DNA of 63,196 nt, the filler included, from Intoshia linei (lineage: Eukaryota; Animalia; Orthonectida): assembly GCA_001642005.1 (NCBI GenBank). It is 7 parts of 7 records of this genome, joined end to end, with 100 filler letters (N's around TTAATTAATTAA, not from the genome) between each part and the next. Parts side by side here need not be neighbours in the genome. Positions count along the whole stretch, not along the records: positions 53,492 to 58,653 come from LWCA01001820.1; positions 58,754 to 63,196 come from LWCA01001947.1; 5 more parts are not named here. One strand, 5' to 3'. The position numbers were made by a program, and so were the translations under genes. Under the pieces are notes generated by a model, which saw only the letters and a program-made list of their open reading frames with translations, had not been told where the DNA came from and ran no database searches. This document shows, in pieces, positions 54,132 to 63,196 of the stretch; position 1 is the first letter of the stretch; each line of letters starts with the position of its first letter.

Positions 54132-56097
54132 TTTTTGGAAAATGATTATCGATAAGTTTCTGACCCCACATATAATGGAATCAATAGATAGACACGTTTT
54201 TAAACAGGCAATGTTAAATTATTTCACCTACAATGAAATGATGAAAAATTTGTTGGCATTTAAAAATGCTGGAAATTATAATGATTTCGCTAGTGCACGA
54301 TTAATTTTTAGATGGCTAACTGTAAAAAAAATGGATACTCTCAAATTTAGTAAAAAATATGATCAATTGAAAGAATCTCCAGAACACCAGTTGATGATTT
54401 TTTCAAAAGTGAATAGTTCTTACGCTTCGATATTTTCAATCATGTGTGAATACGCAAATATTGAGTGTGTTGTAGTGGAAGGTTGGGCTAAAGGAGGTAA
54501 TACATAAGTGGAATAATATTAAATTAAATTTTTATTTCAAGGTGATCATCTTCCTGGAGACAGTTTTTTGAAAGATAAATACAATCATACTTGGAATCTA
54601 GTCAAATTATGCAATGATTGGTACATTATTGATGTTCGTTGGGCCTCTAGATTTGTGCAATCTTCAAATTGTGCGTCATCTAAACGTATTATTGGGGAAG
54701 GAGACTCTGAAACTTTTGTTTATTTACATGATGATTACTATTTTCTTGCAGATCCTCAAAAATTTATATATTCGCACTTTCCCGCCAATCCTTACTATCA
54801 ATTATTAAATGAACCGCAAAGTTTTGAATGGTTTACAGATTTACCAAATGTTAAATCGTATTTTTTTAAAATGGGAATTTCTTTTTCCAATCTTTCCAAT
54901 AAAGCAGTGGTACCAGTTGAATTAGACAATGGAACGGCCATTTTATCTTTTTTCCATAATAATAATGGAGCTTTTCATTATAAAATAAACCCATTAAGCA
55001 ATTCGGTAAAATTAAATCATTATATAATTAATTTTTCTTCAGAATGCAACTAATATGGAACCATATGTTTTAATGGAACAGTTATCTAATCGAATCTATG
55101 TTTATATCCGATCTCCGAAAGCTTACAAATATTTATTTACCCTGTTTGCTCAAATTAGCGTTTCCTCTATGAAAAAGAATAGGAATGGCAATATTGTGGC
55201 CACTGTTGATGAATTGTCTAGTGAAATTGAAATTAAAAATGCCAATCCAAAGCCAAAAGATTTATCCAACAATATAAACACTTTCCGAGCTGTTTCTGAA
55301 CATGTCATCGATGCTTCACAAATAAACTGGAAATCAAACGCTCAACCCTTCCCAGAATGCATTTACACTGTATGGGGTAATCAATCTGAAGAAATGGACA
55401 AATTTAATCTCATTTCGCAACAATTACAAGCAGTTGGTTTTGTTTATGAAGGAGATAGCGTTGTTTATCCTTTCACTCGAAAAAACCCAGAGATATTTGA
55501 TAAAAACATAAAATTACACGTTCGTATCGTTTATGGGAATGATTATAATAAACAATATTTTGATAATTGTGCCTTCATTTACAAATTTAGAAATTCTTTC
55601 GTCATTGTTATTAGACCACCTACGTTTTCTCAACTTTCTACACCTAACCAACAGCAAGCAATCTCCAATAAAAGTATTTTGGAATATGGTATTGAATTTT
55701 ATGCCAGAATGATTGAACCTCAAAGTGTCAATTCTAAATCTGATCCATTTGTAGCCATTTGTCAATATCTTGTTGTTGTCTCACCTGTACAGTCAAATTG
55801 TTCACTTCCCGTCTTTCAAAATAATTCACAATACAGTAAAATGGATCACGGTTTGTTTTTAAATTATCATGATGCAATCCAAGTTTTTAATAAAATTGTT
55901 GGGTGTAATATTCTACTTAAAATAAAACAGTTGTGTAGTCAATATTTTAATCGGAATGAAAATGAATCTACATTTCTCGAATCTACTACCCTGTCAAGTT
56001 TAAATACTCTTGAAATTGATCAATTCAAAAATGATCAAACTTTTTCTAACCCAAAAGATATTTCGAGTGTTGTACACATTAATAATGACGTTAAAGG
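54132..56097 (+). CDS. Hillarin/KY/CYK3-like transglutaminase-fold protein, internal exons
   Basis: Exons ~54132-54497, 54542-55005, 55043-56097 join in frame; ARLIFRWLT..YASIFSIMCEYANIECVVVEGWAKG..HTWNLV..WYIIDVRW..DDYYFLADP..FIYSHFP..QLL. Confidence 0.85.
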
Positions 56098-56219
56098 TAA
56101 TTTTTTTTAATATTTTAATTAAATCAAATAGTTAAATCAGTAATTTTCAAAATAATAAAAGTCGTTGACCTAAAAATATTTATTTTTAATTATTAAATTC
56201 AATCTAAATATTACTCTTA

Positions 56220-56759
56220 TTTTTCATTTGGAAATTTTTTATTTGGGTTTAAGATTAGGAAATTGTTTTTCATGAGATTTAGTAAAATAGAATATTTCCC
56301 TTTAGCGTTAGTATATTGGAGTTTTATTTTAAGGTAGGTCATAAATTTGGTAAAATTGTGTTTTTTAAAAAAATATTGGAAAAAGGGTATTTTTACCTTA
56401 AGGGTATGTAAAATTGGATTTTTTTTATAAGGTTTTGTAAAATCATATTTTTCAAAAAAATGTCGGAAAAATTGACTTTTACCGATTGACTTTTACCTTT
56501 GAAATTTACTTTCTTTTATTAAATTTTATTAATGGTGGGATAAAAGTGGGATTTTTAAAATAATAATGTAGCGGTCGTCTAGTCTTTGGGATAATGAACA
56601 TCTTGAAACTATCTAATATAATATAATAATAAGGTAATATTAAATACATATTAAAAATTATCCTATAAAAATAAATAAAAGTTGATCGAAATTTTTCTAT
56701 ATTTATTTGAATCTCACGAACCCAGGCATATAATTTTGGACCCCAATCGGGAACTACTG
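56220..56759. repeat. Partial copy of the 21888-24076 hAT family, including its right end
   Basis: Ends CCCAGGC..TTTTGGACCCCAATCGGGAACTACTG, like 24038-24076. Confidence 0.7.
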
Positions 56760-56840
56760 TTTTAATGTATACATTATTTATAAAAAATTCCTCGTTAACG
56801 GAATGAATTTTAATTTCTGGACACATTATTTCTTTAAGAG

Positions 56841-57148
56841 CAGGAGGGTCAATTATGCGGCCCTCAATTATAGAATTTACGGCCTGCGTTATAATATAAA
56901 TTTTTATTGTACAGTCTTTTCATATATTTTTTATGATTTATTTATTCATTATTACAATTTTAACATTATTTGTACACTTACTCCATTTTTATTATTTCAT
57001 ATTTCATTTTATGAAATAAAATTATTATAAATTAATTAAATCTGTTAGTTTTAACATAATTTTGTGAGTAAAGATTTTTTTTATGCGGCCTGCGCAATAA
57101 TTTTTATTTACATTCGGCCAGCCAATTAATTTGAGTCTGACACCCCTG
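56841..57148. mobile_element. hAT MITE
   Basis: Ends CAGGAGGGTCA and TGACACCCCTG; flanks TTTAAGAG/GTTAAGAG (7 of 8); subterminal GCGGCC motifs. Confidence 0.8.
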
Positions 57149-57996
57149 GTTAAGAGGAATTAGCCTGTTATAGGATTCATTCAAAATGAATTTAAAGGAT
57201 TTATCTTAAAAATTAATTGAGTCTCCAAATCGAAATTTAATGAAGCAGGCTCACCCAATAAATGCATGTGCTATACGTAGATATCAAAATTTGCATTGAA
57301 TGGGGAAAAGGGGGTTTTTCCGTTAAAAGTAAGATTTACTTTTTTCTTTTAGGGTTGGATTAATAAGTGTTTTATCAGATGGTTTGGTAAAATCGTTATT
57401 TTCAAAAAAAATAATAAAAAGAAAATTTCTCCCTTAAAGGTTGGTAATTTGGATTTTTTTTGGGTGGTTTTTTCCTTAGGTTCGATAAAATTGTATTTTT
57501 AAAAAAATATTGGAAAAAATTCATTTTTCCTTTAAGGTTTGGATTGATAGGTTTTTTTCTCGTAAGGATTTGTAATATGGAATTTTTCCCTTAAGGGTTG
57601 TTAAATTTTAATTTTCTCTTTTGGGTTGGATTTAGTGCTATTTCTTCATTATTAGTATTACATTTATTCTTTATTTACTTTAATGGTGGTGGAACCCTTT
57701 GAAAAGCACTGAGTTAAATGTAATAAAACGTAAAATTTATATATGCAATATCTAATTGAGCTTTGACACTAAAATTAAATGAATTTGTCATTAAATTTGT
57801 TGCGAAATTAAAAAGATTTTATTGTTAAGTGTTAAGATTTTCATGTGTTGCTGGTTTCTTTTTAAATTTGCACGAGTCAACCTTCTCTGATTCTTATCCG
57901 CTAGTGCCGTCATTTAAATCAGACAAAAGAGGATCAATAAACCAATTTTTTAATTTTACGTAAAATATTTAGCAAGTGCAATGCACAATACAAGTA

Positions 57997-58653
57997 CAGT
58001 TCGCGACATAAGTCTTAGACACCCTACACATTCTCATTAAAAACGACTATAAAGTTAATAAGGCGAATCTTGAACTTGAAATTAAATATCAGACTAATTA
58101 AAGAATTATCTCACCAATATATATCCATGCTGATGTCATAAACTACCTATAAAAAGATACATTTTAATACGATTTTATTTGTGATATTAAAAATATTGAC
58201 GAGATAAGTCTTAGGCACCTTGATAATTTCAAATAAAATTAATTAAATATCTATAAAAACGAAAAATATAATGAATTACTAATGATCTATAAATTAAAAA
58301 TAACTATTTGTTTAGTAAATAACGCGAATAAGTGACAAAAAAGATATAATGCCGTGTCTTAATGCAAAAAAGAAAAAAGTCAGGGTTTTATAAGTAAAAC
58401 CTTTAGTATTTCTTGATGTGCGTTTCAAAATATTATTAAAAAATACAAATAGGGTTTATGCATAGCTTACTTGCCAAGATCAGATTGAAAACGCATGCTG
58501 ACAGGCAGAGAAGAGGCTATTATAATAAGAGAATCAAAGAAAAACCCTTGCTTAACAGTATTAAAGGTTAAAATACAGTCTATCATTACAAAAAAGCCTA
58601 GTTTAAAAACGGTGCAACGTGTGTTATATAGATTTGGATTATATGGAAGAATT
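57997..58653 (+). mobile_element. Tc1-like element left end (IR/DR type) with degenerate transposase
   Basis: TA|CAGTTCGCGACATAAGTCTTAGACACC, repeated internally near 58198-58220; LTGREEAIIIRESKKNP..SLKTVQRVLYRFGLYGR. Confidence 0.8.
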
Positions 58654-59518
58654 NNNNNNNNNNNNNNNNNNNNNNNNNNNNNNNNNNNNNNNNNNNNTTA
58701 ATTAATTAANNNNNNNNNNNNNNNNNNNNNNNNNNNNNNNNNNNNNNNNNNNNAGTATCATTCAAAGTTAATGATTTGTGTTTAACAGACGACCTATGAC
58801 TCTGCACTAGGGTGATCACCATATTCAAAGATCAAAAAGTATATTTCACTATCATTTTTCAAATGAGACATTATAATTGCATTTGATATAAATTAAACTG
58901 CCGTCCTTCATTTTAAATTCATTTGGAAATATTCTTAAAATATTATTAATTTTTTCTTGTCTCGACTTTGGAAATTTAGGCATTAACTGATTATTAGATT
59001 AAAATTTGATTAAGATTCAGATTTGTAAAATTTAAAAACAATGCACGTGTAATTGAATATTTCAAAATCTAACTTTATTAACTTTTAAAAAAAATTCTAA
59101 CATTTGGAAAAAATTTCAACTTTTCTAACCGTATTAACTTTATAAAATTTTAATTAGCCAATTAATATTGACAATATTGGTGCTATCATGCTGGAAATGT
59201 TAAACTATTTAACATATCAAATTNTAACCGTATTAACTTTATAAAATTTTAATTAGCCAATTAATATTGACGATATTGGTGCCATCATGCTGGAAATGTT
59301 AAACTATTTAACATATCAAATTTTAACTTTTTTGACTTTTGCTTGCCCTAATTATAATACATCCATAAATTGTTGAATAAAATTAGATACATATACGATA
59401 TTAGATGTATATGATTTCGCATAAAATAATAATTTATTATTTGAAATTGTAATTATAATTTATTTAAAAATCAGAAATTGATTAAATGTACAATTATTAA
59501 ATTGTTTAATTGTAATTT

Positions 59519-60150
59519 AATGTTTTTGTCAGTGCCAATTTGTTAATATGAGTGGCTTCCACATATCCATCTACAACAGTATCGCTTTTCCACCTGAACT
59601 GACGCTAAAAAAATCATAAAATTTAAATAAAATAAGTCATAGCTTCAGTGATATCTTGTTAACTCCCATATCGGCCATAGCTGTCGCCGATGATTTTCTG
59701 AATCAATGCCAGTGTACAAATTGGGATCTTGCAATTTCCAATTTAGAAATACCGCTATTTTTTTAGGAATGTCGTATACTGTATGTATTGGTTGTCCAGC
59801 AAAAGTATTTCCTCGTTAATTGAAATTTTGAAATAATCTCATACTCTTGACAGATCTTAATTAATTATTATCTGATAACATGTTAAAAACCTTAAACTTA
59901 TATATTCGTTGATAATTTTAAAAGGAAAAACACCTTCAACTGACTTTGAAATCAGAAAATAAAATTTTCCTTTTCCTGATAGATCGGTTTTTCTCTGAGT
60001 AATAGCAATGCTAATCTCGATCGCAGTAACGGTAAAATCATTAATTAGTATATTAACTATTTCAGTTGACCGTAATTCACCAAAAAATCCAACAATTGCA
60101 ACAGCCTTCATCGCCAGTGACTTTTTATTAATAGGTGCGGTTTCTAAAAA
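59519..60150 (-). mobile_element. Crypton-type tyrosine recombinase pseudogene
   Basis: GFFGELRSTE (R), RKTD (K), YTG/H*FRKSSATAMADMG (HxxR), LK|RQFRWKSDTVVDGYVE (W and catalytic Y); frameshifts and a 38-bp intron-like insert at 59605-59642. Confidence 0.82.
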
Positions 60151-60311
60151 TGTGCTAAAAATTAATCAAATATTTTTATAAGTGTTACCAATAAACTCAT
60201 AGATTTGATTTTTAGATAAAATTTTGGATTTTTTCTGTACAGAATTGTGAGATAGCTTTTAAGGATATTATATTTTACTAATTTTAAGTATAACTTTTAA
60301 CAAGTAGTTAC

Positions 60312-60939
60312 TAGCTACTGTCTTTTATCGATTATAAGCAGACCTCTGAAATACAAATTTTTAACTAACATTTGTAAATAAAATGTGAATATATATATAA
60401 GCAGTTTCTGCTTGTATTCAAAAGAAAGAACTTTAAACAAAAAATAGACAACATTTAACATTTAAAAAATAACTTCATTCATACACCAGAATGTCTAATT
60501 TAGAAGTTTTGCTTTCACCATATACAATATGTTGTTTATGCAATTCGTTGAACGTAATCTGAATTTCAAATTTTTTAGAAGCAACAAAAACTTCATTAAT
60601 TCATTAAGATAGGTGATTCGGACATGTTTTTAATATTTTGAATGTACTCATAATCAATGATATCAAGCGGGACCAAATAATCTTTAAGCCCTTCACAGAT
60701 TTCATTATTTAATTTACAAGTTTTATCTCAAACAAAAAATTGATTTTGAAAATACCTCAAGATGTAATTTAATACAAATATAAAAAATTCTTAAAATATA
60801 AAAGCAAGCTTTTAGTGTATTTTTTATATTTATCAAGGTCTGTTTAAAAGTCTGCTTGTTTTTGATTATATAAGCATTTTTCCTTCTACTCTCGAATATA
60901 AGAAGATTTGTTATAATCGAGAAAAGACAGTAATAGCTA
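60312..60939. mobile_element. Unclassified element with ~28-bp imperfect terminal inverted repeats
   Basis: TAGCTACTGTCTTTTATCGATTATAA at left versus TTATAATCGAGAAAAGACAGTAATAGCTA at right. Confidence 0.55.
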
Positions 60940-61681
60940 TTAGATGTATAATTTACAAGTTAGAAAATTTTTGAACTCGTATTGTAAATAATTACAAAGT
61001 TCTTCCTGGGTATCCTTGCCATTACCCGTTCACTCAGATGACGTGCCTTATTTGCTTGTATACATTTTTTGACAAAAGCAGACCATGTAAGACCAAATCT
61101 TTTTCCATTGAACCAAAATTAACCTCCAAAACGTCATGTTAAAAAAAGATAGTTTTAAATCATTGATACAATTGACAAAGTAAAATGATTAACATCTAAT
61201 AGTTGTCTAAAAACGCGATCATTAAATTAAATTTTAAACAGTTGAATAATATATAGGTTTAATTATAAATTACACAAAATAATCTAATTTGCAAACGCAT
61301 GAGAGACAATTAATTACGTTTTATAATTTTTATACAAAATGTATCAAAATTTAATTATAGAAATAAGCCCAAAACTGATGTCTGCAAATTAAATTTGGTC
61401 GTATGTGGAGCATTAGTTTGATATATTGATTTACAAATATTAGAGAAGAAAAACATTGGATATATAGATGAAAAATGGAATGAAATGTTAATTTTAACTA
61501 AAATATCGATAGTTGCTACATATCAAAAATGGAGCATATCTTATACATTTTTTATTATTTAAAATTTTTTAAATAAGCCATATTTTAATATTTAAACAGT
61601 ACGCACCAATACCAAACTTTATTATTTAACTTATTTGTGTGATACTAATATTGAATAAATGACTTTTTCTTTATTTGATGT

Positions 61682-62731
61682 ATGTCTCAGTCAGTTATGA
61701 ATTGTGCATTTGTATCTACAAACGACGAAAACCTGCGTATAAAAAGTCCACTTGGCCAAGAAATACTTTGTGAAAATCAAGAGTCAAAACACACATTTGA
61801 AGATAAATTTGTAGAGACTAAAGTTTTTAAAAGCGATGGAAATTTTTTCGATGCAGAGTCCTTCTCCAAATTGGAAAAATACTCAAATTCTTTCAGTAGC
61901 TCTGAATTTACATTCAATTCTGAAGCTGATTTACAAATAAATGTCGATGATGCTTCAGATGATTTGTTTATTGAGAGAAATCATCAAAAAGATGTTGTAC
62001 TAACAAACTACACTAAACCACCATTCTCATTTATAGACTCTTTTGATATACAAATTGCTAAATGTGAAGACTCTGTAATGAGACATGAGTCGTTTCAATT
62101 CAATGTGAACCTGTCCAGAGTAAATGTGCTTAAAAATTTTTTATTGTCACCTTTCTGCAAAAAACTACGGTGGGAATCGAATCGTTTTGATATTCACAAT
62201 ATTGTGATTGTTGCCAAATATGTAAAAAATAAATATTTATTTATTACCATTACCTTTTAGAATCGTGGTATCGCACCTCAATTAATCGATATTGATAGTA
62301 TACAGCAATGTATGATTGTCAAAAAGTGTGAAAGCCATAAATCAATATGTATTAAATTGAAAATGCGTGGTGGAGATTGTTATTTTATTAATGTATTATT
62401 TTACGGATTTTGATTGCATTTATTTTTATTTATTATTTCCACATTTAGTTTCTTTTTTTAGTGATTATCTTTTATATTTTAGTTTAAATCAGAATACGAA
62501 CGAAGGCAGTGGATTACTATTTTGAAATTGAGAAAAGATATTATAGATTACACTTACAAATTAAAAAATACTCAGAATCGCAAAGAATTTATTCACTTGT
62601 TGGAGGTTGTTTTTCGGTTTTGTTTGTTTTTATTTTTTTAGAATTTTGTTGCTACTTGCATCTTATTTTCTAAAAGAAAAAATGAAACTATACAACCTTA
62701 CAGTGAATTAATTTCCAACATTCTCGACGTT
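61682..62731 (+). CDS. CMIP: PH-domain protein, CMIP (c-Maf-inducing protein)-like, first four exons
   Basis: Phase-0 exons 61682-62221, 62261-62392, 62483-62605, 62642-62731: DIQ..KKLRWE..SICIKLKMRGG..FKSEYERRQW..RKDIIDY..ELISNIL parallels CMIP as recalled (DIQ..FLRRWE..YCLQLTIPGG..NSYLRDQW..KKKIYKY..EIVSKLL). Confidence 0.7.
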
Positions 62732-62940
62732 GTAAGTTATATATTCACCATATTATACATGTACCATAATGTATATGTTTATATTATCAAATTATAGTGT
62801 TGACTAGGTTGATTGTAATGTATATCGTACAAACGGCATTTAGCTCTGTCGAGTGCGGACTTTTTTAATTTTACAAAAAAATAAATTATATAATAAAATC
62901 TTACTTAAAAATGTTACTCACTATTATCAATCCTTTAAAG

Positions 62941-63196
62941 CAGGGGTTCTCAACGTGGGCCACAGAGAATTTTTGGTGGGCTACAGAAAATTTTCAACAT
63001 TAAAACAAATTTAGTGTATTAAGCCATAAAATTGCTAACCAACACAAAATCTATAAATGCATAATGAATTTGAAATATAAATTTGAAATTATGGTTTACA
63101 GATATTCAAAACTTTGAGCCAGATGATGAAACTAGTCCTGAACTAACTGAAAAACTCTTGGACTTAATTTAATTATTTTAAGTCTTAAAAGAAGAT
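62941..63196 (+). mobile_element. hAT (Charlie-like) element left end, probably intronic
   Basis: CAGGGGTTCTCAACGTGGGCC terminus. Confidence 0.6.

Noticed and set aside
59857-60111. Phage integrase or bacterial contamination
   Set aside because: Host-like AT content, an intron-like insert and no other prokaryotic genes; a Crypton explains it better

Overview
Very AT-rich, transposon-dense eukaryotic (animal) genomic scaffold with very short spliceosomal introns (mostly about 30-70 bp) and six artificial 100-bp gaps (N-runs with a TTAATTAATTAA core), so adjacency across gaps is unproven. Genes assembled by hand from GT-AG exons: a complete nephrin/Sns/SYG-2-like Ig adhesion gene (+, 11110-19138; 7 Ig domains, no FN3, ends GHLV), the 3' part of a TBC1D24-like TLDc gene (-), the 3' part of a lysosomal histidine acid phosphatase (+), part of a hillarin/KY-like transglutaminase-fold gene (+), the 5' part of a CMIP-like PH-domain gene (+), and a possible micro-exon gene (-). 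The rest is mobile DNA: three Ty3/Gypsy remnants (two with ~150-bp LTRs), mariner/Tc1 and several hAT remnants and MITEs, a non-autonomous Helitron family, a foldback-like element, a FLYWCH/MULE fragment and an intron-bearing Crypton-type tyrosine recombinase. The most unusual stretch is 48.5-53.1 kb, where intronless fragments of two host genes (kinesin-13 and FCP1/CTDP1) sit among Gypsy parts and a recurring direct repeat. The compact AT-rich style suggests a reduced parasitic invertebrate such as an orthonectid, but that is inference. No prokaryotic systems, CRISPR arrays, rRNA or tRNA genes were seen. All family assignments come from remembered motifs, not database searches.
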